Made by a program: the position numbers and the translations under genes. From an uncultured Gemmatimonadales bacterium (lineage in GTDB: Bacteria; Gemmatimonadota; Gemmatimonadetes; Gemmatimonadales; GWC2-71-9), in the NCBI GenBank assembly GCA_963828735.1, contig CAWHFW010000002.1:32001-96000 (forward strand): 64,000 nt of DNA. Reading direction: 5' to 3'. Below the pieces are notes generated by a model, which had not been told where the DNA came from, made no database searches, and saw only the letters and a program-made list of their open reading frames with translations. Shown piece by piece: positions 34,714-48,040 of the stretch (within the stretch, counting starts at the first letter, position 1; the number at the start of each line of letters is the position of its first letter).

Positions 34714-35481
34714 GTGTTGGGCCAAACACTCGTCGTCGTATCCGATGCCCATCTCGGCGTGACGCCTCCGGCGACCGAGGCGGGCCTGCTGTCGTTTCTC
34801 GAGGCCGTTCCCGACCTCGGGGACTGCCTGCTCGTCAACGGCGACCTCTTCGACTTCTGGTTTTCCTACGGCCGCGTCATCCCGCGTCGTGGTTTTCACG
34901 TGGCGGCGGCACTCGCCCGGCTCCGTCTCCGCGTGCCGATCGTGATGGTCGGCGGCAATCACGATCGCTGGGGTGGGGATTTCTGGGTGCGGGACATCGG
35001 CATCCGGTTTGAGCCGCACCGGGCCACGTTCGAGCTGGGGACCCGCCGCGTCGCCGCCATCCACGGCGACGGTCTGACCGAGCCTCGGCTTCGGGCCACC
35101 CTCCTCCACCGGGCGATCAACCACCCCTTCACCGCCGTCGTCTATCGCGCCATCCACCCCGAGATCGGACTCAGGGTCGTGGACGCGCTGAGCCCGCATC
35201 TCGGGGACCATAGCCCCGACCCGGCGAAGCTCGCCCGCGCGGTGGAGCGACAGACCACGTGGGTGAGCGCCCTGCTCGAGCGGGAACCGGAGCTCGGCCT
35301 CGTCATCATGGGCCACACCCACCAGGCGGCGCTGGCCGAGGTCGCGCCGGGACGGCACTACCTCAACCCCGGGGCCTGGTTCGACGGCTTTCGCTACGCG
35401 ATCGCGACCGAGAGCGGCGCCGAGCTCCGCCACTTCAATCCAGCGGTACCACCTCCGCCGCTCCCAGTCGCTCGCCGATAA
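34714..35481 (+). CDS. UDP-2,3-diacylglucosamine diphosphatase-like metallophosphoesterase (LpxH-like)
   Basis: SDAHLG, GDLFDFW, GNHD, HGDG, MGHTH, NPGAW. Confidence 0.85.
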   Translation: MLGQTLVVVSDAHLGVTPPATEAGLLSFLEAVPDLGDCLLVNGDLFDFWFSYGRVIPRRGFHVAAALARLRLRVPIVMVGGNHDRWGGDFWVRDIGIRFEPHRATFELGTRRVAAIHGDGLTEPRLRATLLHRAINHPFTAVVYRAIHPEIGLRVVDALSPHLGDHSPDPAKLARAVERQTTWVSALLEREPELGLVIMGHTHQAALAEVAPGRHYLNPGAWFDGFRYAIATESGAELRHFNPAVPPPPLPVARR

Positions 35482-36235
35482 AGCGCGCGCCAACCTGCCG
35501 AAACCGCGCCTCGTCGTCGCTGACGGCAAAGCGGTGCGTGGCCTGGGTCCCTTGTGGCGCCTCGAGCCCGCTTCGCTCCAGCACGCGCGCCACGACGGCC
35601 GCGGTCTCCTCGCCACTGTCGATGAGCCGGACATCTGGACCCATGACTCGCTGCAGCAGCGGCTTGAGCAGCGGATAGTGGGTGCAGCCCAGCACCAGCG
35701 TGTCCACCCGCGCGCGGCGCAGGGGCTCGAGGTACTCGTGGGCGATGAGCTCAGCGGCGGGGTGGTCGAACCACCCTTCTTCGACCAGGGGCACGAAGAG
35801 CGGGCATGGCCGCTGCTCGACCCGGGCCTCGGGCCTGCGACGCTGAATCGCCCGCGCGTACGCGTTGCTCGCGATGGTGCCGGCGGTGCCGATCACGCCG
35901 ATCGGCCCCGCCGCCGAGGCAGCGCCCGCCGCGCGCGCGCCCGGCTCGATCACACCGATGACCGGCACCGGCGAGTGCTTCTGCAGTGTCTCGAGCGCGT
36001 GCGCGGTGCTCGTGTTGCAGGCGATGACGACCGCCTTCACTCCCTGCCCCAGCAGCCAGTCGAGGATTTCGAGGCTGTAGCGCGTCACCGTCTCCGGTGA
36101 CTTGGGCCCGTACGGCACGCGGGCCGTATCGCCGAAGTAGACGGTGGACTCATGCGGCAGGCACTCGTAGACGGCGCGGGCCACGGTGAGCCCGCCGATG
36201 CCGGAATCGAAGATCCCGATCGGAGCGGCGTTCAT
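35435..36235 (-). CDS. murI: Glutamate racemase
   Basis: FDSGIGGLTV, PYGPKS, IACNTS, LGCTHYP. Confidence 0.96.
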   Translation of the reverse strand: MNAAPIGIFDSGIGGLTVARAVYECLPHESTVYFGDTARVPYGPKSPETVTRYSLEILDWLLGQGVKAVVIACNTSTAHALETLQKHSPVPVIGVIEPGARAAGAASAAGPIGVIGTAGTIASNAYARAIQRRRPEARVEQRPCPLFVPLVEEGWFDHPAAELIAHEYLEPLRRARVDTLVLGCTHYPLLKPLLQRVMGPDVRLIDSGEETAAVVARVLERSGLEAPQGTQATHRFAVSDDEARFRQVGARFIGERLGAAEVVPLD

Positions 36236-36741
36236 GGGACGCGGAACGGAACGGAGACGGTGCCGCCCACGCCGCCTCCCGGGACCGCTTCCAGGTGCAA
36301 GTCCGCGGGAAAGTCGCTCAGGTGCGCGGACACGTAGGCTTCGAGGCCCGAGAACAGATGGTTGAACGCCAGGAGTACGAGCCAGTCCTCGTGTTCACGC
36401 CGCTTGTCCTCGGCGCGGGCGGAGTTGGTGCGCCGGAGGTAGTCCAGCTCGTGGCGCGTCTTGAGGCTCATGCCGAGGGTGGTCCCTTCCCAAGCGATGA
36501 AGATCCCGGCCGTGAGCTTCCGTCCCAGTGTGGCCTGACCCCAGCCGGGCAGAAGGAAGGAGCGCCAGAATGCGTTCATCGGACTGGTATGGAGGGCGAG
36601 CGAGTCCCCGACCGTGCCGCGGCCGGCGGGAGCGGAGACTGTCGTGGAATCCTGCGCGGCCGCGCGCGAGCCGGGGTGACCGAGGGATGCGGCCACCAGC
36701 ACGAGAAGACCGCCGAGCGACCGGGCCACGCGGAGCGTCAT
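36232..36741 (-). CDS. Hypothetical membrane protein (DUF5683-like)
   Basis: RSFLLPGWGQ and EAYVSAHL motifs; signal peptide. Confidence 0.65.
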   Translation of the reverse strand: MTLRVARSLGGLLVLVAASLGHPGSRAAAQDSTTVSAPAGRGTVGDSLALHTSPMNAFWRSFLLPGWGQATLGRKLTAGIFIAWEGTTLGMSLKTRHELDYLRRTNSARAEDKRREHEDWLVLLAFNHLFSGLEAYVSAHLSDFPADLHLEAVPGGGVGGTVSVPFRVP

Positions 36742-36776
36742 GTCAGGGGCATCCCGGAGAGGGTGGCGGCTGCTGG

Positions 36777-36874
36777 TGGCGGGAGCGTGTGAGAATCGAA
36801 CTCACCAGAGCCGCCGGAGGCGTCTCCGTCGCGGTTTTGAAGACCGGCCAAGCCACCAGGCCCGATCCGCTCCC
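36777..36874 (-). tRNA. selC: tRNA-Sec(TCA)
   Basis: 98 nt; anticodon loop CTTCAAA; 6-bp D stem with TGGT loop; long variable arm; 8-nt acceptor; G73 and encoded CCA. Confidence 0.92.
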
Positions 36875-36878
36875 AACG

Positions 36879-37264
36879 TCAGGAAGGTAATACCGCCACG
36901 GCGTCGATCTCGACGCGCGCGCCACGGGGGAGCGCGGCGACGGCAACCGTGGAACGTGCCGGCCGATGGTCGCCGAAGGCCCGTGCGTAGACGGTATTCA
37001 TGGCGGCGAAGTCGGCCATGTCCACCAGGTAGACTGTGGTCTTCACGATGCTGGACAACTCGAGACGCTCGGCCTCGAGAATCGCGCGGATGTTGGCGAG
37101 AACGCGCTCCGTCTGCTCCGAGATGTCGCCGTCCACCAGCTCGCCGGTAGCGGGATCGAAGCCCACCTGGCCGGCGGTGAAGAGCAGCCCGTTGGCGCGG
37201 GTGGCCTGGCTGTACGGGCCGATGGCGCGCGGCGCGTTTGGGGTCGAGACGAAACCGATCGACA

Positions 37265-37265
<1 letters not shown>
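36879..37265 (-). CDS. RidA/YjgF reactive intermediate deaminase
   Basis: APRAIGPYSQA, FAAMNTVY, PARSTV, VEIDA. Confidence 0.92.
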
Positions 37266-38938
<1,673 letters not shown>

Positions 38939-38962
38939 CGGAGGGCTCCCGGGGCTAGGGGT

Positions 38963-39718
38963 TCACAGGCCGAAAGCGCGCGCCGCGTTGGCGGCCGTGG
39001 CGGCGATCAGCTCCTCGACCGGGAGGCCGCGCACCGCGGCGATCCGCTCGGCCGTATGGCGCACGAAGGCCGGCTCGTTCCGCTTCCCGCGGTGGGGCAC
39101 GGGGGCCAAGTACGGTCCGTCCGTCTCCACCAGGATCCGGTCGAGTGGGGTCTCGAGGATGGCCTGATCCAGATGCCAGTTCTTGAAGGTCACCATCCCG
39201 CTGAACGACACATAGTGGCGGAGGTCCAGCCCCGCCCGCAAGAGCCCCGGGCCGCTGCTGAACGAGTGCAGGATGGCAGGCACGTCGGCATGGGCCCGGA
39301 GCACCGCCGCCACGTCGTCGTCGGCCTCGCGGGCATGGATCACGGCCGCCTTCCCCGCCTCCCGCGCCAGACCGAGTTGGACCTCGAAGACGCGGCGCTG
39401 CGCCGCGCGCGGCGAGTGGTCGTAGTGATAGTCCAGCCCCATCTCGCCGGCGGCGACCACCTCAGGTCGCCGGAGCGTCGCTCGGAGCCAGTCCCGCGCG
39501 GAATCCGACCATCCACTCGCGTCGTGAGGGTGCACGCCGGCGGTCACGACAATCCGGGGATCCGTCGCCGCCAACGCGAGGGCGCGGTCCGCGGCCGTCC
39601 GGCTCTCGCCGATCGCGACAATCCGCGTGAGGCCGGACGCCCAGGCCCGCGCCAGCACCTCACCCCGGTCGGGGTCGTAGGCGGGGTCGGCGAGATGGCA
39701 ATGGGTGTCGATGAGCAT
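38963..39718 (-). CDS. TatD family hydrolase
   Basis: IDTHCHL, GVHPH, GEMGLDY, ETDGPYL, NEPAF. Confidence 0.94.
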   Translation of the reverse strand: MLIDTHCHLADPAYDPDRGEVLARAWASGLTRIVAIGESRTAADRALALAATDPRIVVTAGVHPHDASGWSDSARDWLRATLRRPEVVAAGEMGLDYHYDHSPRAAQRRVFEVQLGLAREAGKAAVIHAREADDDVAAVLRAHADVPAILHSFSSGPGLLRAGLDLRHYVSFSGMVTFKNWHLDQAILETPLDRILVETDGPYLAPVPHRGKRNEPAFVRHTAERIAAVRGLPVEELIAATAANAARAFGL

Positions 39719-39724
39719 GGGAAC

Positions 39725-39778
39725 GGTCGTGGGGTCGCGAGTCGTGGGTGGCCACCCCATGACTCACGACCCCGACCC
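39725..39778. repeat. Imperfect intergenic hairpin (REP-like) between secF and tatD
   Basis: GGGGTCGCGAGTCGTGGG pairs with CCCATGACTCACGACCCC. Confidence 0.6.
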
Positions 39779-39787
39779 CCGACAGGC

Positions 39788-40780
39788 CTAGGCGACCGGC
39801 GCGGTCTTCCGTCCGCCGCCGGAAACGGGAGCAGCGGGCGCGGCCGCCGGGGCAAGATGGCCCTTGGCCAGCTGCCCGGGCCAGCGCTTCTCGATCGCCA
39901 TGAGCACAGGCGACGCGATGTAGATGGACGAGAACGTTCCGGTGAACACGCCGAAGAACATGACCAGCGCGAACGGCCGGATGACCTCGCCACCGAAGAC
40001 GCTCAGCGCCAGCAGCGAGGAGAGCGTGGTCCCGTGGGTGAGGACGCTCCGTGGCAGGGTCTCGTTGATGGAGCGGTTGAGGATCTGCTCGAACGTTTCC
40101 TTCTTGTGCTTCTTCAGGTTCTCGCGGACACGATCGAAGATGATGATCGTGTCGTTGAGCGAATAGCCCACCATCGAGAGCACCGCTGCCACTACGGTCA
40201 GGCTCACCTCGAGCCGGAGGATGGCGATAAAGGCGATGGTCGCCACGATGTCGTGCGCCGTCGCGGCGACGGCCGCGAGCCCGAACCGCCACTCGAACCG
40301 GTAGGCGAGGTAGGCCAGCACCGCGAAGAAGGAGAGGAAGATGGCCAGGAAGGCCTTGGTGCGAAGCTCGCCGCCCACCTTGGGGCCGACGGCCTCGATC
40401 CGCGTGATCGTGAAGTTGCCATCGCCGAGCACTCGAGTGAGCGCTCCGCGCACGGCATCCCCGGTCGCCTGGGTATCGTTGGCGTCGGTGCCGGGCTTGG
40501 GCACCCGGGCGCGTACCACGAATTCGTTGGGAGCGCCGAAGTTCTGGATCTCGGCGCCATGAATGCCTTCCCGGTCGAGGCCAGTGCGCACCGCGGCGAC
40601 GTCCACCGGCTTCTTGCTCTCCACCTGGATCAGCGTGCCGCCGGTGAACTCGATGCTGTAGTTCAGTCCATGGACCAGCAGGAACACGACGCCCGGAAGG
40701 ATGAAGAGCGCCGTCAGGCCGTAGGCGTACCGCCGGACCGCGATGAAATCGTACTTGGCGTTGGCGAAGAGTCTCAGCAT
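39788..40780 (-). CDS. secF: Protein translocase subunit SecF
   Basis: SIEFTGGT, VGPKVG, GYSLNDTIIIFDRVRE. Confidence 0.96.
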   Translation of the reverse strand: MLRLFANAKYDFIAVRRYAYGLTALFILPGVVFLLVHGLNYSIEFTGGTLIQVESKKPVDVAAVRTGLDREGIHGAEIQNFGAPNEFVVRARVPKPGTDANDTQATGDAVRGALTRVLGDGNFTITRIEAVGPKVGGELRTKAFLAIFLSFFAVLAYLAYRFEWRFGLAAVAATAHDIVATIAFIAILRLEVSLTVVAAVLSMVGYSLNDTIIIFDRVRENLKKHKKETFEQILNRSINETLPRSVLTHGTTLSSLLALSVFGGEVIRPFALVMFFGVFTGTFSSIYIASPVLMAIEKRWPGQLAKGHLAPAAAPAAPVSGGGRKTAPVA

Positions 40781-40781
40781 G

Positions 40782-42497
40782 TCAGATGCTCAGGGTTGAC
40801 ATGGTCGGCCGGCGCTGCAGCCAGATCATGAAGAAGGTGCGGGTGACGAAGACCGCCGTGATCATCGAGGCGACGATGCCCATGATCAGGGTGACCGCGA
40901 ATCCCTTGACCGGCCCGGTGCCGAACTGGAACAGGAAGAGCGCCGTCAGGACCGTGCTGACGTTCGAGTCGATGATCGCGTTCATGGCGTGCTTGAATCC
41001 CTCGTCCACCGAGAGGCGCACCGTCTTGCCGTGCAGCAGCTCCTCGCGGATGCGCTCGAAGATCAGCACGTTGGCGTCCACCGCGATGCCGACCGACAGC
41101 ACGATGCCCGCGAGGCCCGGCAGGGTGAGCGTCGCGTCGATCATCGACAGCCCGCCGAGGGTGAACAGGATGTAGAGCGCGAGGGCCGCCACCGCGAGCA
41201 CGCCGCTCATACGGTAGAAGACCAGCATGATCAGGATGACCATCGCCGTGCCGACGATCCCGGCCGTGATGCCGTCCTTGATCGAGTCCTGGCCCAGGCT
41301 CGCGCCAACCTGGCGCTCCTCGACGATCTTGAGCGGGATCGGCAGCGCGCCGGCCTTGAGCGTGAGCGCCAGGTCCTGCGCTTCCTGCAGGCTCTTGTTG
41401 CCGAGGGTGATCTGCCCGTTCCGGCCGATCCGGCTCTGAATCACCGGCGGGCGGCCCTGCACCCGGCCGTCGAGCAGGATCGCCATGAAGTCGCCCACGT
41501 GGCGGCCCGTCTCGTCCCCGAACTTCCGGCCGCCGGCGCGGTCGAGCTGGAAGGTGACGATGGCGCCCTGGGTCAGCTGGTCGATCGTGGCCTGCGCGTC
41601 CTCGAGGTTGCTGCCGGTGACGATCGGCCGGTCGTCGAGGACGTAGAGGAAGCGGTAGGGCTGGACCCCGATGCTGGTGGGCGCCGACGACCAGCGGAGC
41701 ACCAGGCCGCGCGGGAGCTGCCGAGCCACGGCCGGGATGTTGAGCAGGCTGTCCACCCGCGGGAAGGCCGGCTCGGGCACGACGTACTCGCCCGGCGTAT
41801 TCGACCCGCCGACCGCGCCCGCCGGCTGAATCAGTCCGGCCAGGACGCCGCCCGCCGCGGGACCGGCCGAGTCGGCGGCGGTGCTGTCTTTGGCCGTGCT
41901 GTCCTTGCCGGCGGTCTTGCCGGCGGCCTTGCCGGAGGTCTTCCCCGCCGCCGCCTTCTTGGCCGAGTCGCCGCCGAGCAGCTGCTCCACGGCCGAGGGC
42001 TTGCCGGTCGTGGTGTCGCCCTTGATCCCGAGCCCGCGCAGGGTCCGATCCATCGCGGGCAGGGCCTTCTCGAGGGCGTTGGTCTTGTCCGTGATCCGGA
42101 ACTCGAGGAACGCGCTGCGCTGCACGATCGCCTTCGCGCGTCCGGGCTCGGTGATGCCGGCGAGCTCGACCACGATCCGATCGTCCCCGGCCTTCTGCAC
42201 CAGGGGCTCCTCGACCCCGAACTCGTCGATGCGCTTGCGCAGCACGGTGAGCGCGAGATCGAGGTCCCGCTTGGGATCGGCCGACACCTGCTTCGACTGA
42301 TCGAGCTCGAGGGCGAGGTGCATGCCACCCTGGAGGTCGAGGCCGCGCTTGAGCGGGACCCGGGTGACCACGGTGTCGCGCATGACCCCGTTGCTCCCGC
42401 GTTCGCGCAGGGTGACGGTCCTGGGGAAGAGGAAGTAGATCGAGCCGATGACGAGCAGCACGATCACGATCACGCGGGATCGAATGGAGGAGAACAT
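40782..42497 (-). CDS. secD: Protein translocase subunit SecD
   Basis: GLDLQGG, LKAGALP, GIAVDANVLIFERIREE, GTGPVKGFA. Confidence 0.96.
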   Translation of the reverse strand: MFSSIRSRVIVIVLLVIGSIYFLFPRTVTLRERGSNGVMRDTVVTRVPLKRGLDLQGGMHLALELDQSKQVSADPKRDLDLALTVLRKRIDEFGVEEPLVQKAGDDRIVVELAGITEPGRAKAIVQRSAFLEFRITDKTNALEKALPAMDRTLRGLGIKGDTTTGKPSAVEQLLGGDSAKKAAAGKTSGKAAGKTAGKDSTAKDSTAADSAGPAAGGVLAGLIQPAGAVGGSNTPGEYVVPEPAFPRVDSLLNIPAVARQLPRGLVLRWSSAPTSIGVQPYRFLYVLDDRPIVTGSNLEDAQATIDQLTQGAIVTFQLDRAGGRKFGDETGRHVGDFMAILLDGRVQGRPPVIQSRIGRNGQITLGNKSLQEAQDLALTLKAGALPIPLKIVEERQVGASLGQDSIKDGITAGIVGTAMVILIMLVFYRMSGVLAVAALALYILFTLGGLSMIDATLTLPGLAGIVLSVGIAVDANVLIFERIREELLHGKTVRLSVDEGFKHAMNAIIDSNVSTVLTALFLFQFGTGPVKGFAVTLIMGIVASMITAVFVTRTFFMIWLQRRPTMSTLSI

Positions 42498-42499
42498 CG

Positions 42500-43459
42500 T
42501 CAGGTCAAGGTCTCGGGCTGGGGTTCCCGGCTCGCGGCCGGACCGGCCGCGGCGAATACCTCGCGCGCCCGGGTGCGATCACGCTCCAACTGCTGTTGCA
42601 ATGCCTCCACCGAGGCAAACCGCTTCACGTCGCGCAGGCGCTCGACCCATTCGATCCGCACCCACTCGCCGTACAGATTCCCGTCGAAGTCGAACAGATG
42701 CGCCTCGAGGGTGCGCCGGCCGTCCTCAAAGGTGGGCTTGGGGCCCTGATTCATCATCCCCTCCGCCCGCCCGCCGCGCCACTCGACCCTCACGGCGTAC
42801 ACGCCGTCGGGCGGGAGGAGCTTCTGGGTCGGCACGTCGGCCAGGTTGATCGTCGGCACGCCGATCAGCCGGCCCCGTCGCTCGCCTTCGCCGACCCGAC
42901 CGCTCACCTGGTATGGACGGCCCAGCATCCGGGCCGCCGTCGCCAGGTCGCCCCCCGCGACCGCACGGCGGATGCGCGAGCTCGAGACGTGCTGGTCTCC
43001 GACGTCCACCGCCTCGACCACGTCCACGTCGAATCCGCGGAGGGCGCCCAGGCGCCGCAGCGTCTCCACGTCCCCGCTCCGCCCTCGGCCAAATCCGTGA
43101 TCGTGCCCGATCACCAGCTCGCGCGTCTGGCAGCGGTCGAGCAGGATCCGCTCGACGAACTCCTCGGGGCTCAACCCCGCGAGCCGCCGGTCGAACCGGA
43201 CGAGGAGCACGTAGTCCAGCGGCAGCTGCGCCAGGATCTCGCGCCGCTCGGGATCGGTCGTGAGGAGCGGCGGCGCCGCCTGCGGGTTCACGACCTCGAG
43301 CGGATGGGGCTCGAACGTCACCAGAACGCTCGCGCGCCCCGCCGCGTCGGCCCGGCGCGCGATCTCGCGCAGCACCGCCTGGTGGCCCAGGTGGACGCCG
43401 TCGAACGAGCCGACCGTCACGGTGCTCCCACGCGGGAGCGGCGGAAGCCGGCCGATCAC
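42500..43459 (-). CDS. ribF: Bifunctional riboflavin kinase/FAD synthetase
   Basis: GSFDGVHLGH, TFEPHP, SSSRIR, PTIN, EAHLFDF. Confidence 0.94.
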   Translation of the reverse strand: MIGRLPPLPRGSTVTVGSFDGVHLGHQAVLREIARRADAAGRASVLVTFEPHPLEVVNPQAAPPLLTTDPERREILAQLPLDYVLLVRFDRRLAGLSPEEFVERILLDRCQTRELVIGHDHGFGRGRSGDVETLRRLGALRGFDVDVVEAVDVGDQHVSSSRIRRAVAGGDLATAARMLGRPYQVSGRVGEGERRGRLIGVPTINLADVPTQKLLPPDGVYAVRVEWRGGRAEGMMNQGPKPTFEDGRRTLEAHLFDFDGNLYGEWVRIEWVERLRDVKRFASVEALQQQLERDRTRAREVFAAAGPAASREPQPETLT

Positions 43460-44307
43460 GGCGACTCCAGCACCACGGACGGCCTGAGCCATCCGTCGGC
43501 GGCCCGCGCCACCGCCACCAGCTCGCCGCCGTGCAAGAGCGCCACGGTTCCCTCGGCGCCATCGCCGGCGGGTACCGGGCGACCGTGACTCACGGCGAGA
43601 CGCGCGGGCTCATCCAGCTCGACGGCGGGCAGATGGCGCAGGACCGCACGCGCCGGCAGCACCGCGTCCCGCGTGAGCCGCTCCAGCGGGACCGCGTCGG
43701 CGACCTGCAGCCCGCCGATCGCTTCGCGCCGGAGCGCGGAGAGGTGCGCGCCCACGCCCAACCGCTCGCCCAGGTCCCGCGCGAGCGCGCGCACATACGT
43801 GCCGGGACTCACGGTGACGCGAAACTCGACCTCGGGCGGCGTGAACCGCACCATTTCCGCCTGGTGCACCGTCACGTTCGTCTCCGCCGGATCCACGCCC
43901 TGGCCGCGGCGCGCCAACCGATGGCTCCGCTCGCCGTCAACGTGCTTCGCCGAGTATCGCGGGGGCCGTTGCCGCTGCGCACCGACGAATCCGGCCAAGG
44001 CCACCCGGACCGCTGTCTCGTCCAGCCGCGCGACTTCCACCGGCTGCCCGAGAGGCGTTCCCGTGAGATCGTCGGTGTCGGTCGCGAAGCCGAGCCGCGC
44101 GGTCGCGAGGTAGCGCTTGGGCTGCGCCTCGACGAAGCGCGCGAGACGGGTCGCCCGCCCCACCAGCGTCACCAGCAGGCCGGTGGCGAAGGGGTCCAGT
44201 GTCCCCGTGTGGCCCACGGCACGCGTGCCCAGCACTCGCCGAACGCGCTGCACCACGTCGTGTGAGGTGAGCCCGGCCGGCTTGTCGACCAGTACCGCGC
44301 CGATCAG
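43456..44307 (-). CDS. truB: tRNA pseudouridine(55) synthase, probable CTG start
   Basis: GAVLVDKPAGLTSHDVV lies upstream of the ORF-track start; GHTGTLDPFATG, GTYVRALARD. Confidence 0.92.
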   Translation of the reverse strand: MIGAVLVDKPAGLTSHDVVQRVRRVLGTRAVGHTGTLDPFATGLLVTLVGRATRLARFVEAQPKRYLATARLGFATDTDDLTGTPLGQPVEVARLDETAVRVALAGFVGAQRQRPPRYSAKHVDGERSHRLARRGQGVDPAETNVTVHQAEMVRFTPPEVEFRVTVSPGTYVRALARDLGERLGVGAHLSALRREAIGGLQVADAVPLERLTRDAVLPARAVLRHLPAVELDEPARLAVSHGRPVPAGDGAEGTVALLHGGELVAVARAADGWLRPSVVLESP

Positions 44308-44666
44308 CTGGGCTCCTCCCGCTTGAGACCCTGGAGCAGCTCGTTGATCCGCGCCGCGTGCGCGAGGCCCAGGTCGAGCTCGAAGTGCAGCTCGGGCACC
44401 GTCCGGGTCGAGAGCGCGCGTGCCGCGCGCGACCGGAGGAAGCCGGCGGCGCTCTGAAGCCCTTCGAGGGCCCGACCCCGGTCGGCCTCCTCGCCCGGGA
44501 CACTCACCATGACGCGCGCGTGGGAGAGGTCGGGCGTCACCAGCACGCCGGTCACGGTCACGAAGCCCACGCGCGGGTCGCGCACCTCGCGCGCGAGCCC
44601 CTCGGTGATGACCTGGCGCAACGTCTCGGCCACCTGCTCCGGGCGTCGCCGGGATGAGGACCTCAT
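44304..44666 (-). CDS. rbfA: Ribosome-binding factor A
   Basis: VRDPRVGFVTVT, TPDLSHA, PELHFELD; operon context. Confidence 0.93.
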   Translation of the reverse strand: MRSSSRRRPEQVAETLRQVITEGLAREVRDPRVGFVTVTGVLVTPDLSHARVMVSVPGEEADRGRALEGLQSAAGFLRSRAARALSTRTVPELHFELDLGLAHAARINELLQGLKREEPS

Positions 44667-44944
44667 CGCCACACCGTCACGGTATCCACGATCCGCACTC
44701 CGTCCGCCGACTCGATGGCCCGGTCCGCGGCCCGCAGGGTCTCCTCGACCACCGTTCGCGCCGAGCCCACTGCGGCGCAGGCGATCTCCGCGCGCTGCCA
44801 GAGGTCCTGGTGGCCGGTCTCCGCCACCGACACGTTGAGCCGCTGCCGGAGCGCCGCGGTGAGCGGCTTGAGCGTCCCACGCTTCTCCTTCAAGGAGTGA
44901 CATCCCGGCAGGTGCAGCTCCCACACCTGAATTCCGATCACCAC
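44663..44944 (-). CDS. DUF503 (YlxP) protein
   Basis: HSLKEKR, NVSVAE, QDLWQR; lies between infB and rbfA. Confidence 0.88.
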   Translation of the reverse strand: MVIGIQVWELHLPGCHSLKEKRGTLKPLTAALRQRLNVSVAETGHQDLWQRAEIACAAVGSARTVVEETLRAADRAIESADGVRIVDTVTVWR

Positions 44945-44975
44945 GCTCGTGTGCCGTCGGTCGTGAGCGGCGGCC

Positions 44976-47711
<2,736 letters not shown>

Positions 47712-47722
47712 TCAATCCTCCG

Positions 47723-48028
47723 TCAGGAGCGTACGGGCGCCGGCGGCACGATGCCGTCGGCCAGCGCGCGGTCGCGTACGCCTACCGCCATCACGGGCGG
47801 CTTTCCCAGCTGCGCGCCGATCGCGGCGGCGCGCGGACCCGTCACCATCGGCACACCCTTGGCCGACGCGAGACGAACCACCTTGTCCACGGCGCGCGGG
47901 CTGGCGTCCTCCGCCACCACCACGCACCAGATCTTGCGTGACTGCAGCTCCTTCCGGACCGCGTCCACGCCGACGACGACCAGCCGCCCACGATGCCCCA
48001 GTCCGAGGAGTCCGAGCAGCCGGTCCAT
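47723..48028 (-). CDS. L7Ae/YlxQ family RNA-binding protein
   Basis: LLGLLGL...VVGVDAV, VAEDAS, IGAQLGK; lies between nusA and infB. Confidence 0.8.
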   Translation of the reverse strand: MDRLLGLLGLGHRGRLVVVGVDAVRKELQSRKIWCVVVAEDASPRAVDKVVRLASAKGVPMVTGPRAAAIGAQLGKPPVMAVGVRDRALADGIVPPAPVRS

Positions 48029-48040
48029 GTCGGCGGCCCG

